NCBI GenBank assembly: GCA_035545575.1
Contig: DASZYB010000045.1
Location: 6,030 to 70,029 of the forward strand
Direction: 5' to 3'
From: Opitutaceae bacterium
GTDB taxonomy: Bacteria > Verrucomicrobiota > Verrucomicrobiia > Opitutales > Opitutaceae
DNA length: 64,000 nt
Shown here: in pieces, positions 8,283 to 18,291 of the stretch
Layout of the letters: each line of letters starts with the position of its first letter
Position numbering within the stretch: position 1 is the stretch's first letter
Translations under genes and position numbers: made by a program
The notes under the pieces: generated by a model
Told to the model about the DNA's origin: nothing
What the model saw: only the letters and a program-made list of their open reading frames with translations
Database searches by the model: none

Positions 8283-11200
8283 GAGATTTCCTTGGTCGAA
8301 GGTGGCTCCGGCAGGGGTGACTCTTCTACCGGGCGCTCATCACGTTCAAAGACTCGGTAGAGCGTCGGCAGGATAAACAGCGTCAGGACCGTGGAAGTGA
8401 TGAGCCCTCCGATGACAACTGCCGCGAGCGGCTTTTGGATTTCGCTGCCGGGACCCGTCGCAAACAGCATCGGAATCAGGCCGAGCGCCGCAACGCTGGC
8501 GGTAATGAGCACGGGACGAAGGCGAAGCACCGCGCCCTCGATCACCGCCGTACCTACCTTCATGCCCCCTCGGCGAAGCTCGTTAAAGTAGCTGACCATC
8601 ACGACGCCGTTCAGCACGGCCACGCCGAAAAGCGCGATGAACCCTACGCTGGCGCTGACGCTAAGATTGAAATCTCCTAGTATGAGCGCCGCGATGCCGC
8701 CGATCAGCGCAAATGGGATATTCAGGATGATCAGCGTCGCCTGCTTCACGGAATTGAAGGAGGTGAAGAGGAGCAGAAAGATCGCGATGACCGTAATCGG
8801 CACGACCACCGCGAACCGTTTCATCGCACGCTGCTGGTTCTCAAACTGACCGCCCCAGGTGATATAGTACCCGGCCGGCAGTTTGACGGCGCGATCGATA
8901 GTTTGCTGCGCTTCAGCGACGAAGCCGCCGAGGTCGCGATCGCTCACATTGCACTCCACCACAATCCGGCGCTGGCCCATTTCCCGGCTAATTTGCGCCG
9001 GGCCTTCGGTGACCGACACCTTTGCCAACTGTCCGAGAGGCAGTAGCGCGCCGCTCGGCGCCGGCACGAGGATTTCGCGGATCGGCTCGACGTCGTTGCG
9101 CGCACGCTCGGGGAAACGCACCGCGAGCCCAAATACCTTCAGCCCTTCGTAGACTTTGCTGGCCTCCTTCCCGCCGATCGCCGTTTCAATGATTGATTCA
9201 ATATCCGCGACGTTGATGCCGTAGCGCGCGATTTTGTCCCGGTCGATTTCGATTTGGAGATACGCGAGCCCGGTCACCTTCTCCACATTGATATCGGTCG
9301 CGCCGGGAACTTTGGCCAGCACCCGGGCGACCGCGTCTGCCTTCGCTTTCAGCACGTCGAGGTCTTCACCGAAGATCTTGATGCCCACGGCTGATTTCAC
9401 CCCGCTCACCAGTTCGTCGACGCGTAAGGCGATGGGCTGCGAAAAACTCGATGCGACGCCCGGCAATTCTGCGAGCGCTGCACGCATTTTCTCCACAAGT
9501 TCATCTTTCGATTTCGTTGTGGTCCATTCTTCGCGTGGCTTCAGAGTCGCGATGACATCGCTCACCTCGATGCCCATCGGGTCCGAAGCGATATCCGCGC
9601 GGCCCGTTTTCGAGATCACATCGATCACCTCGGGAAAGCGTTTGAGAATCTTTTCCGCCTCCGTTTGCAGCGCGATCGTTTGGGGCAGGGAAATGCTCGG
9701 AATCCGGAACGTCTGGACGCCAACCGAGCCCTCATCGAGCGTCGGCAGAAACTCCGTGCCGATGCGCGGCACGAGGGCGGCGGCGCCGCCCAGTGCACCG
9801 ACTGCGATCAGGATAACGAGCCACGGGCGCGCGACGCAGGGCGTCAGCACGTCGCGATACAGTTTTTTGATTCCTCGGATATGGAAGGGTTCGCGCACCT
9901 CCGCTTCCTGTTTGAGGAAGAACGTGCACAACGTCGGCACGAGGGTGAGCGAAAGAATGAGTGAGCCGAGAAGCGCGAACGAAATGGTGAACGCGAGCGG
10001 CGAGAACATCTTGCCCTCGAATCCTTCGAGCGTGAACAGAGGTAGGAACACGATGATGATGATCGCGATTCCGAAGACGATTGGCCGACCGACTTCCTTT
10101 GCGGCGTAGAGGACTGTCTCGACTTTTCCCGCATGGACATGCCCCAACCGGTCGGGTGGCTCCGTGAGATGCCGGTGCACGTTTTCCACCATAACCACGG
10201 CACCGTCGACCATCATGCCGATGCCGATGGCGAGTCCGCCAAGCGACATCAGGTTCGCGCTCAGCCCCTGCCATTTCATCATGATGAACGCGAAGAGCGC
10301 CGCGAGCGGAAGGACGAGCGTGACGATGATTGCGCTACGAATGTCCGCGAGCAGGATGATCAACACGGCGAAAACGAAGATCGCGCCGAGCTGCAAAGCC
10401 TCGGTCACGGTGTGAATCGCCTTCGTAACCAGATCGGTGCGGTCGTAGAATGGCCGCAGCTCGACGCCTTTCGGCAATGCTTTCTGAATCGCTGGCAGCG
10501 TCGCCTTGACCGCGTTCACGACCTCCCGACCACTCGCGCCTTTCAGCATGAGCACGATACCCGCGACTCCTTCGCCTTCACCATTGGCAGAAAACGCTCC
10601 CTGGCGCAGCTCGGCGCCAATCTTCACTTCCGCCAAATCGCGGATGTAGATTGGGGTGTGCTCCTGCACGGCGACGATGATGTTGCCGATATCATGCACG
10701 CCCTTCACCTGCCCGAGCCCGCGAACGATGTACTGCTCGGATTTGTGCTCGATGAAGTTGCCGCTGGCATTGCCATTGTTCTTCTCCAGGGCTTCGAACA
10801 CCTGATTAAGTGAGATGCCAAACGACACGAGCCGGTCGGGGTTCACGATCACTTGGTATTGCTTCACCAGCCCACCGAATGAATTCACGTCGGTGACGCC
10901 GGGTACCGTTCGCAGAATCGGACGGACGATGTAGTCCTGGACGGTGCGTAGATCCGTTATGTCGTACTTACCGTCCGTGCTGACGAGCCGGTACTGGAAA
11001 ATTTCCCCGAGGCCGGTGCTGATCGGTCCGAGTTGCACCTCCACGCCGCCCGGCAGCGTCGAGCGCACGCTCTGCAATCGTTCGCTGACCAGCTGGCGGG
11101 CGAAGTAGTCGTCCACGCCATCCTCGAAGACGACCGTCACGAGGCTCAGTCCGATTTTCGAGACCGAGCGCACTTCCGTGAGCCGCGGTAACCCCGCGAG

Positions 11201-11416
11201 TCCCCATTCCAGGGGCCGCGTGACGAGTCTTTCCATCTCGGGCGGCGACATCCCGCCGGCCGACGCCAGCACTTGCACTTGTACGTTCGTTACGTCCGGG
11301 AACGCGTCGATCGGTATGTGCTTCAGCGCAAGGACGCCGAAGCCGGTCAAGACGAGCGTCGCCAGGATCACCAGCAATCGCTGTCGAACGGCGAAGTTCA
11401 GGATTCCGTTGATCAT
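8279..11416 (-). CDS. czcA: CzcA/CusA-family heavy-metal efflux RND transporter
   Basis: 1045 aa with 12-TM RND architecture. N-terminus MINGILNFAVRQRLLVILATLVLTGFGVLALKHIPIDAFPDVTNVQVQV is typical of the HME-RND family. Confidence 0.95.
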   Translation of the reverse strand: MINGILNFAVRQRLLVILATLVLTGFGVLALKHIPIDAFPDVTNVQVQVLASAGGMSPPEMERLVTRPLEWGLAGLPRLTEVRSVSKIGLSLVTVVFEDGVDDYFARQLVSERLQSVRSTLPGGVEVQLGPISTGLGEIFQYRLVSTDGKYDITDLRTVQDYIVRPILRTVPGVTDVNSFGGLVKQYQVIVNPDRLVSFGISLNQVFEALEKNNGNASGNFIEHKSEQYIVRGLGQVKGVHDIGNIIVAVQEHTPIYIRDLAEVKIGAELRQGAFSANGEGEGVAGIVLMLKGASGREVVNAVKATLPAIQKALPKGVELRPFYDRTDLVTKAIHTVTEALQLGAIFVFAVLIILLADIRSAIIVTLVLPLAALFAFIMMKWQGLSANLMSLGGLAIGIGMMVDGAVVMVENVHRHLTEPPDRLGHVHAGKVETVLYAAKEVGRPIVFGIAIIIIVFLPLFTLEGFEGKMFSPLAFTISFALLGSLILSLTLVPTLCTFFLKQEAEVREPFHIRGIKKLYRDVLTPCVARPWLVILIAVGALGGAAALVPRIGTEFLPTLDEGSVGVQTFRIPSISLPQTIALQTEAEKILKRFPEVIDVISKTGRADIASDPMGIEVSDVIATLKPREEWTTTKSKDELVEKMRAALAELPGVASSFSQPIALRVDELVSGVKSAVGIKIFGEDLDVLKAKADAVARVLAKVPGATDINVEKVTGLAYLQIEIDRDKIARYGINVADIESIIETAIGGKEASKVYEGLKVFGLAVRFPERARNDVEPIREILVPAPSGALLPLGQLAKVSVTEGPAQISREMGQRRIVVECNVSDRDLGGFVAEAQQTIDRAVKLPAGYYITWGGQFENQQRAMKRFAVVVPITVIAIFLLLFTSFNSVKQATLIILNIPFALIGGIAALILGDFNLSVSASVGFIALFGVAVLNGVVMVSYFNELRRGGMKVGTAVIEGAVLRLRPVLITASVAALGLIPMLFATGPGSEIQKPLAAVVIGGLITSTVLTLFILPTLYRVFERDERPVEESPLPEPPSTKEIS

Positions 11417-11418
11417 GA

Positions 11419-12360
11419 TCAGCCTTCCTCCCCGAGTTCGCCTTTCAGTAGCTCCGATTTCAGGATGAAGCTGCCTTCGGTTACGACGCGCTCGCCGGGC
11501 TTGATTCCTTCCAGCACCTGCACCCGGCCATGCTCCTCCTGGCCGACCTTGATTACTCGCTTCTCAAACTTCGTTTCGCTCAAAGCGACGAACACGATTC
11601 GCTCGTCCTCCATCTCCTGGAGCGCTGCGTCGGAAATGACGAGCACGTCCCGCAGCGCGGTGGTGGCAATCTCGACGTCCACGAACATTCCCGGCTTTAG
11701 GCGCCCCTCCGGATTTGCGACCGCAATGCGGGCTTCGAGGGTGCGCGATGCCGTCTCAACGCGATTCCCTAGAAGCACGATCTTCCCGCGAAACTCTTCT
11801 CCGGGATACGCGAGCGTTGTGAAACCGGCCTCTTGCCCGACGTGAACCGCGCCAATGTCGCGTTCCTTGATTTCAGCGAGCACCCAAAGGTCCGATGGGT
11901 CACTGATCACGTAAACCTCGGTGTCTTTGTTGATCAGCTCGCCCGCCGTGCTCTTGCGTTCGGTGACAACGCCGTCGATGGGCGCCTTCAGTTCGAGCGG
12001 CTTGCCGAGAAGTTCGGGCGTTTGGACGAGTCCGAGCACTTGGCCGGCCTTCACGTGCGCGTTCAAATCTACGTTCAGCTGGATCAGTCGGCCCTCAAGC
12101 GTACTGGTGACCTTGGCAGTCTTGTTGAGATTTTCGCTCACGCGACCGACCGCCTTGAGTGTCACCTCAAGACTGCCCGGATGAACGGCCTCCGTTTTGA
12201 TCGTGACGTGCTTCAGGTTCTCCGGCGTCAACGTGACAATATTCTCTTCGCGCTTTGTCGTGGGCGCCGGTTCGGGTCTGGCTTCAGCAGATTTTTTTTC
12301 GCCGCACCCCGTAAAACCGACGGCGGCGAGGAGGACGATGGGGAGGTATCGTGAATTCAT
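11419..12360 (-). CDS. czcB: Efflux RND periplasmic adaptor subunit (CzcB-like), lipoprotein
   Basis: Lipobox LLAAVGFTGCG. HlyD/MFP-type barrel-sandwich sequence (VKAGQVLGLVQTPEL...). The gene sits between the OMF and RND genes. Confidence 0.9.
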   Translation of the reverse strand: MNSRYLPIVLLAAVGFTGCGEKKSAEARPEPAPTTKREENIVTLTPENLKHVTIKTEAVHPGSLEVTLKAVGRVSENLNKTAKVTSTLEGRLIQLNVDLNAHVKAGQVLGLVQTPELLGKPLELKAPIDGVVTERKSTAGELINKDTEVYVISDPSDLWVLAEIKERDIGAVHVGQEAGFTTLAYPGEEFRGKIVLLGNRVETASRTLEARIAVANPEGRLKPGMFVDVEIATTALRDVLVISDAALQEMEDERIVFVALSETKFEKRVIKVGQEEHGRVQVLEGIKPGERVVTEGSFILKSELLKGELGEEG

Positions 12361-12366
12361 GAAAGG

Positions 12367-13644
12367 TTATAGTTGGGAGGGTTTCGTTTCCAGTGGTACG
12401 CCGACCGCTGATTCCAGAGCGGCTCGATTGCTCGCGACGGTGGCAATTGCCTGGTAGTAGTCGGCCAGGGTGTCGAAGTACGTGCGCTTTGCGTCGAGGT
12501 AGATGAGCAGCGACGTGGCGTTACGCGCGTAGCTCTGCTCCGCTTCCTGCACGACCGTCTTCAGTCGATCCAGGTAGGCCGGCGAATACACCGCGAGCTG
12601 CTGACGCGCGACGTCGAGCTGGCTTGCCGCTTTGGTGACGGCGCCGACAATTTCCCGGCGCAGGCGCTCACGCTCTGCCTGGGCTTTGCGCTCTTCGGCC
12701 GTCGCCGACATGACTTCCCCGCGGCCGTAGTTCTTGCTCGGAAGAGGAACGCTGGCGCTGAGTCCCAGAATTTGCTCCGACCGGCTGAGTTCGAGCGAGG
12801 GCCCTACCGTCCAATCCGGCTTTCGGGCTAGGCGCGCTTTGCGGACGTTCAGCCCGGCGATTTCCGCCTGAAGCTCCTGGGCCTTGAGACTCGGGTTGTC
12901 CGTTATGGCGAGCGCCACCAGATCGGGCACAGGCCGATTGCCATCGGTCTCGGCAAGGTTGCCCGCAACCTCGACCGGCGCAGACGGCTCACGTCCGAGA
13001 AGGGCGTTAAGTTCGATCTTTCCGGCGGCAATGTTACCTTCGGCGCCGAGCAGCAGCTTTCGCGCATTGATCACGTCACCCTGGCTCTTCACCGCTTCGA
13101 AGTCTGAGGCGTAGCCGCTTTCTACGCGCTTGGCCGCAGCCTGCTGGAAGGTTTCGGCCGACGCCAGCTGCTGACGTCGCACTTCGATGACACTTTGCGC
13201 GGCGAGCAGTTCATAAAACGCCTTCCGCACGGCGGCAGCGACTTGGAATCGCAACCCGTCGCTTGCCAAGCGGCGCAATGCGACGTTTCGCTCGACGATG
13301 GAAACCAGCAGCTCCCGTTTTCCGGGGAACACGATGGTGTGACTCCATTCGACTGAGCCAATAAGCTCATGCTGCGCTCCTTCGGTTTCGCGCAAACGAC
13401 GAACCCCGGGAGAGAACGTAAGCTCGGATGGTGGCCGACTTTGGGCCGAGACGACTTCGCCTTGCGCGGATTCGATCTCTGCCGCGGTCACTTTTAGCGC
13501 CGGGCTTTGAGACAGAGCTTCGGCGATCGCAGACTCCACCGTCAACGGCGGCGAAGCTCCGGAAGATTCTGCGCGCACCGACGCGGCGGTCGCGGCGGTG
13601 AAGACACAAGCAACGAGGAGGATTTGAAAATTGGAAATAGGCAT
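12367..13644 (-). CDS. czcC: TolC-family outer-membrane efflux protein (CzcC-like)
   Basis: 425 aa with a signal peptide and duplicated OEP repeats (LTVESAIAEALSQSPALK...; NPSLKAQELQAEIAGLNVRKA...). Confidence 0.9.
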   Translation of the reverse strand: MPISNFQILLVACVFTAATAASVRAESSGASPPLTVESAIAEALSQSPALKVTAAEIESAQGEVVSAQSRPPSELTFSPGVRRLRETEGAQHELIGSVEWSHTIVFPGKRELLVSIVERNVALRRLASDGLRFQVAAAVRKAFYELLAAQSVIEVRRQQLASAETFQQAAAKRVESGYASDFEAVKSQGDVINARKLLLGAEGNIAAGKIELNALLGREPSAPVEVAGNLAETDGNRPVPDLVALAITDNPSLKAQELQAEIAGLNVRKARLARKPDWTVGPSLELSRSEQILGLSASVPLPSKNYGRGEVMSATAEERKAQAERERLRREIVGAVTKAASQLDVARQQLAVYSPAYLDRLKTVVQEAEQSYARNATSLLIYLDAKRTYFDTLADYYQAIATVASNRAALESAVGVPLETKPSQL

Positions 13645-13763
13645 GACGACACGAAGAAATAGGGAGGTGGGAATCTGGGCACAGCATGGCCCAATGCTGT
13701 CGCGGCGCCCGCAGGCGCCCGGCGAGAAGCACGAAAAAGCCCGTCAGTCCGCGCAGGGACTAA

Positions 13764-14150
13764 TCAGGCAAGAAGCAAGGTTGGTGCGCGTGAAGGCGGA
13801 GCAGCGCGTCGGACGAAATGCCAGATTGGCACCCAATCCTTTGGCTGATCCAACGGCGCGCTCCCAAGGTCAGACGACGGTTCCGGCTGCGGTACAGCGA
13901 GAGCCAGACACGCGAGACAGAGACAATCGTGCAGCACCGGGGGAGCCACTTGTACGGCTACCGAGGCAGCCCGGTAGTGCGCCGATTCGAGCGAAGCACA
14001 GCCGTCCTGGGCACACGCTTGGCCGGCAGTGCCGTCGTCATCGTGGCAGATTTTCGCGATTACACCCGCTGCCTCCAGCGCACAATGTTCCGTCGCTGGC
14101 AGCCAGAGTGCCAACAGGAGCAGGGCTGTAATGCGCTTCAGTAACCGCAC
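13764..14150 (-). CDS. Small secreted Cys/His-rich protein upstream of czcCBA
   Basis: Signal peptide MRLLKRITALLLLALWLPATEHC. Seven further Cys and several His residues follow, including one CxC pair (HDCLCLACL). The gene is co-oriented with czcC. Confidence 0.45.
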   Translation of the reverse strand: MRLLKRITALLLLALWLPATEHCALEAAGVIAKICHDDDGTAGQACAQDGCASLESAHYRAASVAVQVAPPVLHDCLCLACLALAVPQPEPSSDLGSAPLDQPKDWVPIWHFVRRAAPPSRAPTLLLA

Positions 14151-14529
14151 AAGGCGTCAACAGTCGTGTGTTCGCATTTCAGGTCAAGCCAAGGCCAACT
14201 TCACCTCTCGTCGGCTGCCCCGTTGGGTTGCTCTGAATTCCGTAACCACTGTTCCTTCCATGCGAAAGCCGTGCCGCGAGACTAAGCAGATTCCAGAATG
14301 GGGCCCACGAACTCGCCCCTAAAATCTCGGTTTCGGCTTTAATCCAAAGGAGCCGCCCCGATCCTCGCCTCAGCAGCGGCGATGCCTGCCGTGCCAATTC
14401 GTCGGCGCGGCGGGCGATCCGGAACTGCAGCGCTTCCCAGACGCTCGGCGCTTCAGCGGGTAAAGCCTCGGAGGCAGGCAACTGACGCGAAGTGGCGTCT
14501 TCGAAGACGTTTGCATTTTCGGCCATGGG

Positions 14530-15192
14530 TCACCTCCAAAGCGCACCGAGGACATGGGCGCCCCCGACCGCCAACAATGCGAAGTACGCGACGGTGATCA
14601 GAAACATCACTGATCCGCCGACAAAGAACAGGCCATCGCGCTCCACTGAGCCTGCTGATAACAAGAGCACTGCGAGGGCCGGCAGCGTATTCGTGAACGG
14701 TACCGGAATCGGCAGCAACAGCAGTAGGCCCGAGGTCGCGATTAGTCCGCCCGCGATTCGTCGGTAAAGTGCCTGCTCGTGTAGAAAATCAAGTCTCGGA
14801 CGCGCGAGCACTTCCAACCACTTCACGACAAAACGCGCTGCCGTAAGCGCGCGGCCAATGAACCGAGGAGGAAGCTCACGTTTCAGCAGTCGATCCGGGA
14901 GCCAGGGATGTCGGCCCAGCGCTAATCGGGATCCGATCATGAGAACGACCAACCCAAACGGCGTGGACAGTCCCGGAAGCGGTATCGGTGTGATGAAGGG
15001 CAGCGCAATCAGCACCAGCAACAATCCGAAGCCGCGACCCTGCGTTGCAGCGAGAATGGTACCAAGCGAGGCCGGCTTGTCGGCCAAAGCGGTTGCGAGT
15101 TCACGCAGTTCGTCGGAGAAGCGGCGCCGTACGGGAGTCGCCACCGCACGCCCCACCGTCGATGGAGCAATCGGACTCGGACTAAGCGTCAC
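14530..15192 (-). CDS. ExoD-family exopolysaccharide synthesis membrane protein
   Basis: LGTILAATQGRGFGLLLVLIALPFITPIPLPGLSTPFGLVVLMIGSRLALGRHPWLPDRLLKRELP matches the ExoD family core. Confidence 0.75.
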   Translation of the reverse strand: MTLSPSPIAPSTVGRAVATPVRRRFSDELRELATALADKPASLGTILAATQGRGFGLLLVLIALPFITPIPLPGLSTPFGLVVLMIGSRLALGRHPWLPDRLLKRELPPRFIGRALTAARFVVKWLEVLARPRLDFLHEQALYRRIAGGLIATSGLLLLLPIPVPFTNTLPALAVLLLSAGSVERDGLFFVGGSVMFLITVAYFALLAVGGAHVLGALWR

Positions 15193-15515
15193 AGGGAAGG
15201 CGCGGTACCTGATTGTTGGCGCCGCAGTGAACGTAGGGCCGAACGAAGCAATGATCCCTCAGAGGCGACGATCGTTTTTAGTTCGTTCGCATCCAGCCAC
15301 ACGCCGCGGCAGCTTGGGCAGACGTCGATTTCAACCTCGCCTCGGGACTGTGTGGCCAATGTTTGGCCGCATTTCGGACAATGCATCCAATGCAATTCCT
15401 TCAAATGGCGCCGTTCGGCTTCCGCCGTGGCCTGCTGTTCGGCCTCGAGTCTCTCTAGGCGGCGACGCATTTCAATTTCCCAGATATGTTGGTCTTCTGC
15501 GGAGGATGGTTTCAT
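15189..15515 (-). CDS. Zn-ribbon (TFIIB-type, COG3809-like) protein
   Basis: MHCPKCGQTLATQSRGEVEIDVCPSCRGVWLDANELKTIV has the CxxC...CxxC pattern with the GVWLD motif. There is a 4-nt overlap with the exoD-like gene. Confidence 0.7.
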   Translation of the reverse strand: MKPSSAEDQHIWEIEMRRRLERLEAEQQATAEAERRHLKELHWMHCPKCGQTLATQSRGEVEIDVCPSCRGVWLDANELKTIVASEGSLLRSALRSLRRQQSGTAPSL

Positions 15516-15525
15516 GAGAGATAGA

Positions 15526-15963
15526 TTAGTGGCCCGAAAGGGATGGCATCGCCGCTGGGGCGATCAGATCTCGAAATTCTCGTCCAGGAGGGCGATCATT
15601 GCGCCGGTTGACCCGCTGCTTTGTCCGCTCACGCAACATGCGGTCGAGTTTCGCGATCAGCTGATCAAGGCTGCTCGACAGCGTTGAAGATTCGGCACGT
15701 GCCACTAAATCGGTTCCGCTGATCTCGACCCGACCCGAAGCACTCGCCGGATTGGAGCAGTGCCGCGCGCGTTCTCGCTCAAAGTCGACCCGGATGCGAA
15801 TTATCCGACGGTGGTGCCGCAGAAGCTTGGTCACTTTGGCAACTGCCGCGGTGTAGAGTGTCGGCTGGATTTCAACGCCGATGCCTTGAATGAGAATGTG
15901 CGAGGACGCGTCTGGGCAGCTTCGCGCCGCTCGATTTTGGGATAGAGTTGGACCTTTCGCCAT
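15526..15963 (-). CDS. Ribosome hibernation factor HPF/RaiA-family protein (start uncertain)
   Basis: ILIQGIGVEIQPTLYTAAVAKVTKLLRHHRRIIRIRVDFERE...VEISGTDLVARAESSTLSSSLDQLIAKLDRMLRERTKQ follows the HPF beta-alpha-beta-beta-beta-alpha pattern. Confidence 0.6.
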   Translation of the reverse strand: MAKGPTLSQNRAARSCPDASSHILIQGIGVEIQPTLYTAAVAKVTKLLRHHRRIIRIRVDFERERARHCSNPASASGRVEISGTDLVARAESSTLSSSLDQLIAKLDRMLRERTKQRVNRRNDRPPGREFRDLIAPAAMPSLSGH

Positions 15964-16202
15964 ACCCGTAGGACGTGGCGTAAGTGCCGGTGTTCAGTGG
16001 AAACCAGTACGTGCATTGGAATAGCTGAAGTGACACAGCTCTGGTAAAGTCGCCGATCCTGACTCCGACGATTACGGTCGGCTCGCAGTGGAGATGGTCG
16101 CCGATGTGAGTTGTCGATTCTCTAGGCCAACTTCACCATTTCTCGCGCGCCACGCTGAGAAACCTCCAGCGCGGCCCATTTAGGCGCACTGATAGTTGCC
16201 GA

Positions 16203-17150
16203 TTGCGACGGCATTCCAATAGGCACGGATTGCGCCTAGTCGGCGCCAATCGCCAAAATGCAAATTCCGTGAACGCTGCCGCAACCGCCGTGAGAACCAC
16301 CGTGATTAGCATGGTGACGAATGGTTCGCTCGCGGCGGTGAAGATCGGTGCGGGCGTAATTGGTCATTCGTACGCCCTGATCGCCGACGGTATCGAGTCT
16401 CTGAACGATCTGTTCTCGTCCGGGGTCGTATTGATTGCCCTACGCGTTTCCGCAAAGCCACCGGATGCTGATCATCCCTATGGTCACGGGAAGGCGGAAC
16501 AACTTGGCGCGCTCTTTTCCGCAATTTCACTCCTCGCCGCCGGCGGGACAATTGCAGTCCAGAGCTTCCAGAATCTGTTCCATCGCCATACTTCGCCGGC
16601 TTGGTTCACCCTGCCGGTGCTGGTGGTCGTGATCGTGACGAAGGAGTTGCTCTCCCGATATGCGCTGCAGAAAAGCGATGAGACCACCAGTGCTGCACTC
16701 AAGGGAGATGCCTGGCACCATCGCTCGGACGCGATCACGTCGGCAGCGGCCTTCGTCGGCATCACTATCGCACTGATAGGTGGCCCGGGCTTCGAAAAGG
16801 CGGACGATGTTGCAGCGCTCCTCGGCTGCATTGTCATTGGTTATAACGGCGTGAAGCTTCTGAACAACGCCCTGTACGAGAACATGGAAGGTGCGCCCGC
16901 GCCTGAACTGATCGAGGCCGTCCGCACGGTGGCGCGAGGTGTTCGCGGCGTGCGCGAAATTGAGAAAGTTCGGATGAAAAAGAGCGGCCTCGGGTACCAC
17001 ATGGACATCCACGTGCAGGTTGACGGGACGATCAGCGTGGAAGCCGGTCACGCGATCGGCCACGAGGTTCAAGCAGCGTTGCTCCAGTCCAACCTCCGGG
17101 TACTGGACGTGGTAGTGCATGTTGAACCGGTCCGTGCCAGATCGTCGTAG
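16203..17150 (+). CDS. Cation diffusion facilitator (CDF) family transporter
   Basis: LAAVKIGAGVIGHSYALIADGIESLNDLFSS (TM2 metal site), WHHRSDAITS (TM5 site) and a C-terminal cytoplasmic domain are present. TTG start at 16203. Confidence 0.9.
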   Translation: MRRHSNRHGLRLVGANRQNANSVNAAATAVRTTVISMVTNGSLAAVKIGAGVIGHSYALIADGIESLNDLFSSGVVLIALRVSAKPPDADHPYGHGKAEQLGALFSAISLLAAGGTIAVQSFQNLFHRHTSPAWFTLPVLVVVIVTKELLSRYALQKSDETTSAALKGDAWHHRSDAITSAAAFVGITIALIGGPGFEKADDVAALLGCIVIGYNGVKLLNNALYENMEGAPAPELIEAVRTVARGVRGVREIEKVRMKKSGLGYHMDIHVQVDGTISVEAGHAIGHEVQAALLQSNLRVLDVVVHVEPVRARSS

Positions 17151-17155
17151 TTTGA

Positions 17156-17184
17156 GCGGCGCACGCGAGTAACGCGTGCGCCGC
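17156..17184. terminator. 12-bp GC-rich hairpin between convergent genes (possible bidirectional terminator)
   Basis: gcggcgcacgcg (17156-17167), loop agtaa, cgcgtgcgccgc (17173-17184). There is no clear U-tract on either strand. Confidence 0.4.
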
Positions 17185-17189
17185 CACCG

Positions 17190-17393
17190 TCATCGCCTGG
17201 CTCGTTCGATCAAGGCTCCTACAAACCAGCCGATCAGTCCGCCCGAGAATGCCGGCAAGAGGTACTTGCCAAGGAACACTCCGACGACGAGGCCGAGGAT
17301 GGCGCCGGCGATCATGCACCAGGCCGCCAAAGCGCCAGACTCATGCGGGCGGGATTCTTTCGTTTCTACTTTTTCGTTCTGAACAGAAGACAT
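17190..17393 (-). CDS. Small membrane protein (Gly-zipper type, two TM helices)
   Basis: GALAAWCMIAGAILGLVVGVFLGKYLLPAFSGGLIGWFVGALIERARR. Confidence 0.4.
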   Translation of the reverse strand: MSSVQNEKVETKESRPHESGALAAWCMIAGAILGLVVGVFLGKYLLPAFSGGLIGWFVGALIERARR

Positions 17394-17554
17394 GGAATTG
17401 AATTGTGCTGGTTGAATTCAATCGGCGGCGGCGGTGCGCCGGCTTCGCCGAATATGGTTTGCGCCGCATCCTGCCGACATCGGCAATGCGCGCTGCGGCT
17501 ACTTGCTTGCCGGTCTCGTCGCAGCTTCGTGCGATCCGGGCCGGTCACTTTCTT

Positions 17555-17995
17555 CTAGATCCGAAGTTCGATGATGCCAACCAGAGCGGTGCCAGCGGGT
17601 CGATGTTCCGCGACCTTAACCGTCGTTGAGACAGGTTGCCCGAACGGGACGGCACGCAAGGTCGCGTTGTCGGCCGTGGAGAAGCGAGCATCCACGCTGC
17701 GCCACGCGCGAAATACAACGGGCGATTTGGCGACAAACGTGTGCGCGGCGACAAAGTGGGTCGTCTGATCAATCGCAGAAATCGAAGCATCGCCTCTGGA
17801 ATGCAGGACCGTACCCAGGTCCAGTACCGGCACCGTGGCGCTACCGCCCAGGAATACGAGAGCCGTGAGCCAGGCAAGAAAGCGATGGAATGGAAATAGT
17901 CGCGCCGACACCGATGGTATTCTCGCTGCGTGTCCAACCACTGTCAACGCGACCAGTCGCCGCGCTCGTGGGAGACGCCCGGCCGGATTTGCCAC
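17555..17995 (-). CDS. Hypothetical secreted protein
   Basis: Internal signal-like segment FLAWLTALVFLGGSA followed by a beta-rich sequence. The start is uncertain and no family was recognised. Confidence 0.3.
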   Translation of the reverse strand: MANPAGRLPRARRLVALTVVGHAARIPSVSARLFPFHRFLAWLTALVFLGGSATVPVLDLGTVLHSRGDASISAIDQTTHFVAAHTFVAKSPVVFRAWRSVDARFSTADNATLRAVPFGQPVSTTVKVAEHRPAGTALVGIIELRI

Positions 17996-18291
17996 GGATT
18001 TGTCCCGATTTGCCCGTGAGTCACTGACGTGTCGACCTAATGCAGGCGGCGCCTGCGGCGCGCATCGCCACTACCGGGGCAACTGCGCGCAAGCGTGGGG
18101 CCGGGTCCCACCCTTCCGCGGTTATTGAATGTGGGATCGGTTTCCGCCCTTTCCGCATCTGCCGCCGACTTTTCGGTAGCGGTTGGACGGGCTTCGATCC
18201 CATCCCGTGCGGAGATGGTTCGAGACTCTGGGCCTTCATCTGAGCGGCATCCAAGCCTTGACCGACAGCGAGTGAACTCAAGAACCCTCGT

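Noticed and set aside
9234-10813. Plus-strand ORFs of 291 and 226 aa inside czcA
   Set aside because: They are antisense to a strongly supported RND transporter gene and have Ser/Arg/Thr-rich low-complexity composition.
14179-14526. 115-aa minus-strand ORF between the Cys-rich gene and the exoD-like gene
   Set aside because: Only the first ~50 aa look plausible. The C-terminal part is compositionally odd and no motif was recognised. It may be real but I cannot support it.
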